A DNA stretch of 50,054 nucleotides, filler included, from Streblomastix strix (lineage: Eukaryota): the NCBI GenBank assembly GCA_008636045.1. It is 3 parts of 3 records of this genome, joined end to end, with 100 filler letters (N's around TTAATTAATTAA, not from the genome) between each part and the next. Parts side by side here need not be neighbours in the genome. Positions count along the whole stretch, not along the records: positions 16,726 to 33,340 come from SNRW01000785.1; 2 more parts are not named here. One strand, given 5' to 3'. Shown piece after piece: positions 21,560-33,440 of the stretch. The notes under the pieces were generated by a model. That model searched no databases, was not told where the DNA came from, and was given only the letters and a program-made list of their open reading frames with translations. Numbering within the stretch: the stretch's first letter is position 1; every line of letters starts with the position of its first letter. The translations under genes were made by a program, and so were the position numbers.

Positions 21560-22330
21560 CCATTATTCATATGTTTAGTTGTATTTTGAACTATTTGAGT
21601 TACACTCTTATTAAACCTCGCCTCATGCATATGACTAAACCCAGGTGAGAAAGAATCGGATTTTTAATTATCAAAATCATCGTCTTAATACATCAAATCT
21701 TCATCATTCAATTTGATTGACAAAAGTCCCATCTAATTTATATCTTTCTGGATCACAGCTGGTGAAAGAGAATTTCTTCCTATATGCGCTCCTACACTTC
21801 TGATGAATGGCGCATTTGCTTATTAGGGAATATGTGTGAGTGATTTTCAATTTGGAGATGCGATTCTATCAATAATATATGACATTGTTGTTTTTTCTTG
21901 GGAAATGTTGCTTTAATATGTGGGTGTGTTACTTTTGACGATTGATTAATTTAATGGAGTACTATTCGTTGAATTTGGTTTAAAGTTATAAGTTTTTCTA
22001 ATTGACGATTTGAGTGGCTAATTTTAATTCAAGTTTGATTTTAATGTCTAGTTCAACATCCTCTTTATGATTAAAATGATTCGAATTTCAAATCCAACTC
22101 GGATTCGGAAATATCTTTATTTGCCTCTTCGCGGTCGGATTCCTCCTCCACCTCCTCTTCCTCCTCCTCCTCGTTATCCATTCCTGCTCACAAGCGGAAA
22201 AGGAAGAGATCAAAAACGAATAAGATTATTAGCAAGGCACTCGGAGTGAAAAAACGGCGGTTTATATTATCCGAATTTTCTGACGACGATGAAGAATATT
22301 GGAAATATCAGAAGTTAATAAGATTTAAAT
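21560..22330 (-). pseudogene. Degenerate coding-like remnant (acidic/low-complexity)
   Basis: The minus strand reads MDNEEEEEEVEEESDREEANKDISES... and, in another frame, ...APFIRSVGAHIGRNSLSP.... Interrupted by TGAs/frameshifts; no family recognised. Confidence 0.3.
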
Positions 22331-22806
22331 CCACCAGATCTACATACCAGGTCTTCAAAATCAAATAGCGGACTCATTGAGTCACTTAGATTAAGTATAT
22401 GATTACCAACTCAATAGTAAAGCTTAGCTTTTACTTAACTTGAACCTTAAAGAGTTTTAAAACAAAGATGCATTCTCCTATAGTCGAAATCACATTTTTC
22501 CGCTATTTTTCACTCCAATATTCAATTAGGAAGCTATAGCAACAGACGCATTCCAACAATCATGGAGAAACCAATCACAACTAATCCATCCTCCGATAAT
22601 CACGTTATAAAAGGTAGTGCATAAAATATCGATGGAAAAACCTAGAGGAATAGCCATAGCTCCAGACTGGTTGGGCTAACCATGGCACAGCGATTTAGAA
22701 CTCCTTTCATCCAAAAAAATATCTTTAGGCCCTTGCGTCAATAACCTGAAGCCTGGAAGAAGGATGAAAGGAAGGAAAATCAAACTTCCTCCGGAGATCT
22801 GATTGC

Positions 22807-23717
22807 GTGGCAGATAAGAACATAAACGGAGAACAACTCTTCTTAAATGTAACCAATATATGGCTTATATCTAGATCAGAAGCTCAAGAATCGATAAATT
22901 AAATGGGCTATGAAATATGGAAATAGAGGAAATCTGCATTAGCTCATATATATATACTTATCTTCATTTAATAAATATACAAACTGAAGATTCCACAATT
23001 ATTGCAATTCGAAGAGGTGTCTGCGCGATTATATCTCTACTTCTTAATAACCTGCATTGCACCTTATCTCCAATGATCTCTCTTACTTTGAAAGAAATTT
23101 CTGCCAATAAAGTCATAAAGCCACGTTATTCGACCATTTGGAAAAGTGAAACAGTGCTTAAGTTTGAAGAACAAAGGATTTCTACTAAATTAACTCCAAA
23201 CGAATTGCTAAGAAGGACATTAGCCTTATTCCAGGTCTATACAACTATGAGAACAACAGAGATAGCATCAATGCGTAGGGAAGATGTAGTATTTACAATA
23301 GAAGGCATGTTAATTCAATACAAGAAAAAGAAAGCTGAAAAAAGAAAGAAATGGAGAGCTATTCATTTTATTAGAAATAAATCTGGATGTTCGGTTATAG
23401 CAATGAAATGCTGGATAAAAACATTGGACTTAATGCTATCTCACTCAAATTCTTTATGGAGAACACCTACATATTAGAAACCTTTAGCTTCAGCAACTCT
23501 CAGGAAACGAATTAAAGAAGAATTGATTGCTTCAGGAGTACCGATTTCTTTCGGCTCGAACACGATTCGACATTCAGTTTCAACAAGAATAAGGGCTCAT
23601 GGAGTTTCAATTTAGCAAACAAATCTTCTAACTGATCATGCGTTTAATACTGCAGTTACAGAACAGTTCAACAATATAACCGGCAACAAGAATACAAAAA
23701 TAGCTAATTTCCTTTGA
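22807..23717 (+). pseudogene. Tyrosine recombinase (frameshift near 22955; catalytic Tyr apparently lost)
   Basis: PRYSTIW, YTTMRTTEIA, CSVIAMKCW, NTIRHSVST and LLTDHAFNTAVTEQFNN. Extends track ORF 22917-23477 through TAG to TGA 23715-23717. Confidence 0.85.
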
Positions 23718-23719
23718 AG

Positions 23720-24182
23720 ATTCATAATAAAAGGAGATTCTTCCATATGGATGGTTTGGCCCGAAACCAGAGCGTAGCGGCTTGGTTTTGAGTAACAAAC
23801 CATAATATGTAGAATCTCCTTTTATTATTTCCTCCCAGTGCTATGTTTTCTTCCGCAGACTAACATAGATTTGTCCCTACATCCGTCAAATTCTCCTACA
23901 TGTATGGACTGTTGAATAAGGCTATGAAAAGAGATTAAACTCTTCCTCTCTCGCCCCGGCAGATTTATTCATCATGAATAAAGGCTGAGCAGAACATAAA
24001 CGAGTACTAAAAGAGAAACATTCCAGATTTCATATCAATCTCGTTTTTTCAGTCATATGTATTTCAATTTTATGTTAAATTAAATTTTTTCTTTTTTGGG
24101 TCAATGACTGGGCCTCATTTCAGCCAAATGTATTCATAATAAAAGGAGATTCTACATATTCTGGTTTGTTACCCAAAACCAA
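23720..24182. repeat. Element-2 3' terminal repeats: A' (~23720-23769), rc(A) 23782-23828, A 24136-24182
   Basis: 47-nt inverted pair with 2 mismatches (ataataaaaggagattctacatatt[c/a]tggtttgttac[c/t]caaaaccaa). A' shares attcataataaaaggagattct with A. Confidence 0.9.
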
Positions 24183-24545
24183 TTAATTTATATCAAATTT
24201 AAATATTACAAATTTTATATTTCAAACAAATTGCAAACAAATTGCGAACAGAAAATCAATAATTACATCAGAAGTCTTTTTGCACAGTTGTTTGTTAACA
24301 AAATTAATTTAGAATTTCAATAATTATAAATTTTTTAATGTTTTAATTATATTTAAATCAAATTTGTACATAATTTTTATTGATTCTTTATAAATATTTT
24401 ATAATTAATACTGAAAATTAGCCATTTATATATTTTATAACAATTTTAGATTAGAAAAAGTTGCTTTGAATCAATAAACAATTAAGGAATGATATATATT
24501 TCCTTTCTTCTATAATACAGTTATGATAAAAGTAAATTGAAGACG

Positions 24546-25070
24546 TTTTGAATATATTGAAATTATGGACTTTGAACTAAGCTAATGAATAATAAATAGA
24601 AAAAGAAAGATATTAATAGTAAATAATTTAAATAGTTGTTCAAATATATATCTACAAATTAAATAATTATCTCTATTAACAAAATCCAATTGGCATTGAT
24701 CATTAATAAAAACAATATAACTATTTTTAAAATAATTAAATCAGCTTTCATTCAAATTCTGAATATATTCACGATATGATGAATAAAAAGAATAATTTTG
24801 AATCAGTTGAAATAACGAACTTTGAACTAATCTAATGAATAATAAAATTGAAAAAGAAAGATATTAAAAAAAATTAATTTAAATTTATAATTCTAATATA
24901 TATCTACAAAATACATATAATAACCTCTATTAACATAATCAAATTGGCATTGATCATTAATAAAGACAATATAACTATATCGAAGTTATTAAATCAGCAT
25001 TCCTTCAAATTCTGAATACATTCTCGATATGATGAATAATGTAAGAATAATTTTGAATAAATTGAAACTA
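24546..25070. repeat. Diverged tandem repeat, ~250-bp unit, two copies plus a partial third
   Basis: tttgaactaa at 24571/24821, ttggcattgatcattaataaa at ~24690/24943 and gatatgatgaataa at ~24773/25026. Confidence 0.85.
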
Positions 25071-26000
25071 ATTCTATTGAAATTAACTAACAATTAAGAA
25101 AAGTAAAAGATAAAGAATAATAGATATATTATTGATTTATTATGAATTTATATCATTTACTCTAATCCCGTATAATTATCTAATTTATTTTTGTATTTTA
25201 CAGTAAATATTCAAATAAATAAATTTTTAAACCTTATAATGAATGTAAAATTAAATTCTTTAAAACACACCCAGGATCGGAAGTGAAGCGACGTGTTTTC
25301 TAGTTTTATTTAAAATTATTTGCTTTTATTAACTTTTAACTATTTATAATTACTTTAATTTTGTTTAGAAAGTGTGAAACTAAAACAATTATTATTAAAT
25401 AAATATAGAAAAACTTACGTAATATTAATAACATTATTTAAAAGATATATTTTTTCTATCCATTTTTAAGAAAAGTCAATTACAAGTTAACAAATATTTT
25501 ATTCATATTGTTGAATTAAAATTAACTATATATATCTATTTAATATCTCACAGTTTAACAAATTATCTTTAAAATTCATAATAGATATAAAATTTTATTC
25601 AATTTATATTTAAATATTACTAATTTTCACTAATATTCTTATTGTTGAATGAAAATAAATAATTTGTTTAAATGATTATATATTATGAGCTGATTTATTG
25701 TACATAATTAATATGATTGTGAATTTATTGAAAAATACTATAATTAATCTAGGACAAGATGCTAGAGATAATTAAATAAAACGATAAAATAAATAAAAAA
25801 TAAATAATTTGATATCTAAAGAAGAATTGAAAGAAGGAGATGAAGAATCAATCATTGAATAGAAAAATAATAAATTAAAAACAAACAAAAGATTATTTAA
25901 TACTCAAAATATCAACAAAAAATGAATTTTTAGAAATATAAAAACTTGAATGATATAATATAAATTTAGAAAAAGAAATTTATATATGCTAATTCAACAA

Positions 26001-26070
26001 TTTAATATTAAAAATAATATATTTTGAGTGTTTTAATATTAAAAATAATAGATTTTGAGTGTTTAAATAT
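26001..26070. repeat. ~31-bp tandem duplication (tttaatattaaaaataata.attttgagtgt)
   Basis: Directly visible, two copies. Confidence 0.7.
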
Positions 26071-26282
26071 AAAAAAGCTTCTAAAATATAATGAAAAATA
26101 AAAAAAAATACGATATTGCAATGAAAAAATTTAAAAATATTTTACACACAAAAAATAAGATAATAATAGTTGAAAATATTATGGAATGATTATATCAATA
26201 ATAATGAATGAATTGGAATAATGAAATTACAACAAACATTCACAAAGGTGTGTCTAAAGGACTCGTCCAAACTAAGTTAATA

Positions 26283-26612
26283 TCATTCCATATTTTTCAA
26301 TCTTTATTTGTTCATATATAGAAAATTTATTGGGCGAGCCTTGACAACATATTTATATATCTTTATAGTACTTTCATGTACGTTAAATGGCATCCCACAA
26401 GCAAATTAACAGTTTTGCAGAGCAACAGACTATTGTGACATTCTATGGTGGCGATTTTTCAACTTAGCGATTTCTATATTGCTGCTTCGTTCCCAATCGC
26501 TTGTTAATTCCTCATTTTACTCAAAAATGGTGTAAAGTCTAACTTCAATAATAGGATGTTTGTTCAAAATCGAAATATATTTCTTTGGCTGCTTTAATTC
26601 ACCTTTTTCCAT
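26283..26612 (-). CDS. Possible small hypothetical protein, 109 aa
   Basis: Open ATG-TGA in code 6 (MEKGELKQPKKYISILNKHPIIEV...) in a locally GC-richer patch; no motif recognised. Confidence 0.25.
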
Positions 26613-27228
26613 AATTAATCATGCAAAAATTCTCTGTAGCTGAAAAGTAAGAGTTGAAATTATAAAATAAAGATTTAAAAATAAATATTTGTCAATCATG
26701 CAAAATTAATCAAGATGAACGAATCAGAATTATTAGTTGTTAATAGGAAAACAATAAAAAGTAGGAAATATAAATTAAAAGTCAAATATTTGTCTCTCGA
26801 ACAAACTTAAATTCGAAAATATCTCAGAAGTTAATTGCAAATGTTATTATTAAAAAAATGAGACAAAACACAAAATTTATATCATAACACAGCCATAAAT
26901 TCATTATAATTTGTTTTTTTTTTCATATCTATAATTCATTTTCTTAAACTAATTATAATTACTTTATTTATTTTAAAAGTACAAACGTAATTAATTATTA
27001 TCAATCTACAGACACCTATATTTACTTTGAAAACAAAAAAAAATCACTTATTAATACTCTAAATCAATATATTTTTGCTAATTATTATGTTAATGTGCAA
27101 ACATTTTAATTTTACATTTTATTTGAATATCATAACCATCATTTAACAATTCAATTTGACACACTTATCTTTTTTAAATATTTTTTATTGTAACTTCATT
27201 TATTTACAGCATCATATTTTAGAAATTA

Positions 27229-30200
27229 ATGTACGAAGTAGATATACTTCCAAAAATTGGCGATAACATCAAAGATCGTTACAAAATTGTTCTAAAGATA
27301 TCGTAAGGAGAGAAAAGGATGATTTTCTGCGCCATTGATTAATAAATGCAATAAATAGCCGTTAAACTGGAGTAAGATACAGACGGGCAAACGACAATTT
27401 GCATAGAATCCGCTATCTTAAAGATATTAGGTATTATTTATTTCTTTTAAATTTCAATAAATACAATTTTTACTTTGTTATTTATATTTTTAGCTAATTC
27501 AAATCATATTCCTCGGTTCTTTAGTTATGGATAACATAAGAATTGCAAATTTATGGCTTATGAATTATTGGGACCGAATTTAATGTATAATAATGACTAT
27601 TATTATCTATTTAATATTTATTTATTTTAATTTCAGAGATTTGGTCAATTACAAGGAACCATATAAATTCAGTCTTCATTCTGTACTGAAGTTTGGTATA
27701 TAAGCAATTGAGACACTTCAAATTGTGCATAATAAAGACTTTATACATAGAAATATAAAACCAGTTTGATATTATCCTACAAATTAATCTTTAATTTTAT
27801 TAATATTTAAATATAGGGAAGCTTTTTGATTGGAAACACACAAGAAACTTTTGGTACATTTTATCTCATTGACTTTGAATTATGTAAAAAGATTAATAAA
27901 CATCATGGTGTAGTAACTACAGTTTGGCCATTGGTTATTATTTTATTTTGAAATATTTATTATTATATTCAATCATTAATAGCCAACGAATAAAGCAAAT
28001 TTTAGAGGTACAATGATGTATGCTTCATTAAATGCTCACAATTTAGTTGAACTCGGAAGGTAGGATGATCTGATTTCACTGTTATACATTCTAGTTGAGT
28101 TCTATAATGGAATGTTACCTTGGTCTGATGTTGATGAATTGGTATGAAAATTTATTTATTTAAATTTATTATCATTATTTTTATTATTAATATTTATAAT
28201 TCCCAGAAAATATAATCTCTGAAAGAATATTTTCATGGCCGCAAATTACTTGAACGACTTCCCAAATAATTTCTTGAATTTGAATCATACATCTTATCAC
28301 TTGATTATACAACAGATCCAGATTATACATATCTCATATCCTTACTCGAATAAGCAGCTGTTGAAAATGAAATTGATCTGAATGCTCCATTTGAATGGGA
28401 AGAAGAAATAAATGATGAAAGAAGTAATATAACTTAACATCATATCTCCAGTTCAATGATAATAAACAAATCTATTCAATAATTGGAATAAATGAAATAA
28501 TAAATTGAATAAGAAAATAATGAAAATAAAACCGAATAAATTGAATAAATAGATAAAGAAATTGATTAATTAAATTAATAAATCCTTTCTATTCATTAAT
28601 TAAATCTGAAATTAAACTCACTGAATATAATTCATAGATTGTAGAAGAAATACTAACTGAAAAATTAAGAACTGGAATTATAAGATATACATGATAATAT
28701 ATAAGATTAAAATGCATTAAATGAAATAAAACCATCAATTCTTATTTCGCGCATCCATCCTGTTAAATCATATCATAATAACAACGAATTGACTAATTCA
28801 TACTTAATAACACCAAATTCTTCACAAACACAGCTTTAACCTTTTGGAGGATAATCATTTTCTTATAAGAGAAATAATAAAGTTTCTCCACATTCCAGAT
28901 CTCGAAGATCTTCGATTCTTTCTTTATAGTCATCAATTCAATAAACAAATACGCTCCATGAATTCATTGAAGTTCTTGATGCTCTTACTGGAATTAAGTC
29001 AGACGACGATTTCAATCCATTTGAAAATAATATTTAATATGAAAGTTAATCATCAATTAGATTGGAAAACTACGTTGAATAATTTATCGATGGAATGAAA
29101 AAGAAAGATGATAAATATAAATAATTAGATTGGGCATCATTTGTAGAATAAACAGGAGGAAGTCATCATAAAGAAGGATTTGATGGAATTGATATTAGTG
29201 AATGTATTAATTCATCACTGATTGTTGAAAATAGATAACCATAATCACTATAAAATTTAATATAGCAGAATAATACTTCTTCTAGTAATGCAAACATTGA
29301 ACAAAAACTTAATACTTCACTTCTTTAATCAGATCTCAAACTTAATGATTAAGTCATTAATGATGATATTAGTACATCACAAACACAATGTTAACTTAAA
29401 TCCAATTTAAAGTATAACGAAGTTTAATAATAATAACATAATGAATTAAAAAAAGAACTCTTCTTCATTATTAAACCTAAACTAATAGATAATGAATTAA
29501 AAGAAGTAAACTATAATAATAATAATTAAAATATTATAGATAAATATTAAAATAGTGATGAATAAATTTTATCTCCGAATTCTATACGTTTAAAAGATGA
29601 AGGAAGTAAAACATCAAAAACATAGTATTCAAAAGATAAGGAAAATAGTGTATAATTATAACTCACATATCTAACTTGTGAATTTTAAGTAGATATTTCA
29701 CCCTCTAATGCAGAAAAGGACATCAAATCACTCATATAGGAAAATAATTCTATATATGAAATTGGATCGTCTAATATTCTTATTAGTACTTCTCCAAATT
29801 AATAATAATAGCAGCAATTTACATATTCTCCTTCTGCCGAATTTACAATTGAAAAAACATAAAGCAATCAAAAAGATTATTAGATTAAATAATCTTTATA
29901 AATAATAAATAATAATAAGTCAATTGGATTTGATAGTTTAAACTCAAATCCTTAGTAATTATCTCAGATTTAGTTGATTGATAAACAAACTCAACATTCC
30001 AAAGATGTCTGGGAAATTGATATAGAAACAAACGAAAATAATTTAAAAAGTAATTAAGAAAAAGAGAAATAATAATAATAAGAAGAAGAAGAATAATAAT
30101 AATTGAATGAAAAAGAAATTGAAAAGCAGAATTAATGTAAATTTATTAATAACAATAACTCTATCAGCATTTAAAGTGTTTAATATTATGACAAGAATGT

Positions 30201-30363
30201 ATTTGAATAGAAAGATGCAATGAAAGATATTTAGAATTAAAGTTAACTTATTTAAAATACATATGCATAATCAAACAATTCGAAACAAACTCCAAGTTAA
30301 GACAATCACAGTAATAACAGTTCTTTATTAATCAATAATAAAGGTTGTTGTAATATATTATGA
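27229..30363 (+). CDS. CK1/tau-tubulin-kinase-like protein (probable pseudokinase), 6 exons, long Q/N-rich tail
   Basis: IAVKLE, ELLGPNL, FIHRNIKP, YLIDFEL, FRGTMMYASLNAH, GRQDDLISL, LPW and PDY. GT-AG introns at about 27431-27493, 27585-27635, 27764-27816, 27922-27982 and 28142-28206. Ends GCCNIL-TGA. Confidence 0.9.
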
Positions 30364-31157
30364 TATTTTGAAACTTTTTATTTTTTATTGAAATATCTTA
30401 TTTATTATTTTTGAGTATTTTTAATGATTTTATTTATCGATCAAGAGATTGTTTTAATTTAATTGTATAATTTTTAAATTTTGAGCATTTATACAATAAA
30501 CTTTAATAATTATTTCACAGTTTTCGGTCATATATATGAATTTATTCTTCATCATCTTCTTTTTATTTCTTTTTTTGAGGAAATTTAACCATTATATTTT
30601 AAGACATCAAAATGCTTTAAATATATTAACTATTTACCATATACATTCATTTTATTAATTTCTTCACTCATTATTTTTAATATTTACTTACTTAACTGAT
30701 TCTTTTTTGTTTATATCTGTATAATAATATTATTTAATGTACCTTCTTTTATCAATTTTACATTTCGTGCTTTATTTTTGGTTAAATTTGCTATTTTGAT
30801 TAAAATCTAATAGAAAGAATGTTCAATTATTACTTTTGATTTATATGTTATAATAAATTCAAGAAAATAAATGTAATGAAAATTAGTTTATATACTTAAA
30901 AAAGACTGCAGATTTTATTGGGTAGAATACATATATAAACTAAGATTAGAACATTATTGAGAAATATAAATGATCCAAAGAAACTATAAAATTATAAATA
31001 AGACTAATACAATAAAAAAATTGATAAACTTCAAATCTAAGATGTTAAAAAATCAAAAATAGTCTTTCAATTTAAATTATTATTGGTTTTTCAATTAATT
31101 CAGAATAATTTCATGAAATCATTCCTATTCATCAATTTATTAATCTGAATAACTCAC

Positions 31158-33340
31158 TCAGCCAGTATTTGAATTCTGGTTAGTATTATTAATATTACTA
31201 GTTTGATCTTGATTAGTGGCATTTAGAATGACAATTTTTGAATTCTATTTTTAGGGTCTTAATGTTTAACTGGAATATAATCTCAGATCAGGTTTTAGCT
31301 AAATACGCTTTAAAGTATCAAATTAAGAGTTATTATCAGGTTAGTATTAATAAGGTTGTGATTGAGAACTATTATTTGTTTGCGACGAAAGAAGAGTTAA
31401 TTATTCTCTGGTTTTTCTCAGTGTTTGAGGATTGAATCTCAGCGTTTTGTGGATCATATTGGTTATTGGAGATTGTTATTTGCTTTTATCGTGGTTTATT
31501 TATATTGACGATGCAGTTGGTTGGAATTAAGACGAGTTTCTTTGAGAATTTAATGAGGAGCTTAATTGATTTGGTTGATTTATATTATTTTATCCTTACA
31601 TTGATGTGAAGGAATTTAAAGATTTGGATAATTAAGAGCCTTAATATTTTTATTACATTTTTCTTTATGGTCGGAGTGTTAAGCTTTATTACTGGAATTT
31701 CTTTTCTTCCATCTTATTTTTAGCCAACATTAGCAGTTATTCATTAATTTAATTCTAATTTATTTTATCTGGATCTCCATTTTGTGTTTTTACTTCTTCT
31801 GATTAATCCTTGTCAGTGCTTTGTTATTACTTCAATTTCACTGCAATATCAAAGAGTCTCCCTTTTTCTTTTTCTTCTTTAATTCTCTTATCTAAATTAT
31901 CCCTAATTTACTTCCAATCGTTTATATTCATCTTCATATTAGAACAATTATTCTCTTAATTCAAACTAGATTCACTGCTTGATTGCTATAATTATAATTA
32001 CTGATTTTATTAGTTATCAATTTAGTTGGGATTGTTTTGTCTTTGTTTATTTTTCTCTCTTTGTTCTGCCATTCTTTATAATTTCTCTTCTTATTCTTAT
32101 TCCTTCAGGAATTTTAATCTTTCATCAAATTATTATTTTCTTTCTTCTTATTTAGCTTTTTTTGCTGCTTCTTTTTATTCTTATTATTGAATAACTTCTT
32201 CAAAAAGTTTATCTTCTTATTCTTCAAGTAAATCTAATTCATTTTCTTCCATATCTTATCTTTCTTCATCAGCTTATTACATTTATTCTAATTGATTCTA
32301 TTTCTATTATAAGTCTTCATTAGTTTAATTAATTTATTATTCAAGTTATTATAATTCTTGATCTTATTGTTATTATTCTTCATTTTATGTATCTTTCTAT
32401 TTCATTTAATTAATCTTCTCTTCTAATTCAACTAACTGTTATTACAATGTTTCAATCTCATTAATTAACAGTTCCTGTTCTTATTAACTATTATTTTCTT
32501 CTTCTTCTATCTTTTCTTCCAGTTAAAGAATATTTTTCTTTATTTCTGAGTATTTTATCGCATTTTCATTCTCTTGATCTTTATATTCAAAGTCAATCAT
32601 TTCATTATCATCCATTTTCTGAATATCAAATTCGTCCTCTAATAATTATTATGCAGCTCGATATTTATCCATAATCTTTTTATGACTCCGTAAGAAGCTT
32701 TTTGATAGTTGCCACTTTCTTCTTATATCTTATTTCTTTATCAAACTTTCTTTTTCTATTATTTTTTTCTTTTCTTCATCTTCCTTATTTAGTTCAGCCC
32801 ATTCTTCTAAGTTTGTTCCTTCTTTCTTTCCTTTTCCTTCTTCTTCTTTAATTGTTTATTAGATCAATATTTCTTCCAACATTTTTCTGGTTTTTTCTTT
32901 TCCTTTCTCTTTCTCTTATTTCAATTTCAACTTATCCTGTTTTTCTTATTCTTTTTCATTATAGTATTTTATTTTATTCCATTCAATATCCATGTGTTTT
33001 AATAGATCTTTCCACATTACTGGATCTTGGGGAGCAATGATTTCTAATTCATTATCATCAATTTCAATATTATTATTATTCTATATTTTAGTTTAATCCT
33101 TTAATAATGATTATGTATAGCGAACCGATTCAATTTTATTTAATGAGCTTGTTTATCCATGTGCAACAGCATTAGCAAATAAATTGACTACCTGAGGTTA
33201 ATTATTATCCTATTTATTTTATTCAATCTTTTTTTACTTTTCTTCTTCTTTCTTTTTTTATTCTTCTTCTTTATTCTTTTATTCAATTTTTTATGCTTTA
33301 ATTTTCTCCCTTGTTTCATTAATCTAATTAATCCATTCAT
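31158..33340 (-). CDS. Host coiled-coil E/K/Q-rich protein, 5' partial (~727 aa)
   Basis: A consistent code-6 frame from the contig edge (EWINQINETREK...GTNLEEWAELNKEDEE...) to NQNSNTG-TGA; spot-checked rather than fully translated. Confidence 0.75.
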
Positions 33341-33440
33341 NNNNNNNNNNNNNNNNNNNNNNNNNNNNNNNNNNNNNNNNNNNNTTAATTAATTAANNNN
33401 NNNNNNNNNNNNNNNNNNNNNNNNNNNNNNNNNNNNNNNN
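33341..33440. other. Artificial contig linker
   Basis: N-run with a central TTAATTAATTAA. Confidence 0.98.

Larger units (their letters stand above)
22480..24182 (+). mobile_element. Second, different DIRS-like YR retrotransposon (5'-truncated: MT-like domain + YR + terminal repeats)
   Basis: MT-like ATDAFQQSW..QLIHPPI...IAPDWLGQPW...LPPG, then a YR frame, then terminal complementary repeats. Left boundary approximate. Confidence 0.85.

Noticed and set aside
25600..25930. Coding-like E/K-rich patch
   Set aside because: Short, with no clear start or motif; cannot be distinguished from a decayed fragment.
30540..30830. Possible additional minus-strand exon downstream of the coiled-coil gene
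   Set aside because: The upstream frame already ends at TGA 31158-31160 and no supportable gene model could be built.
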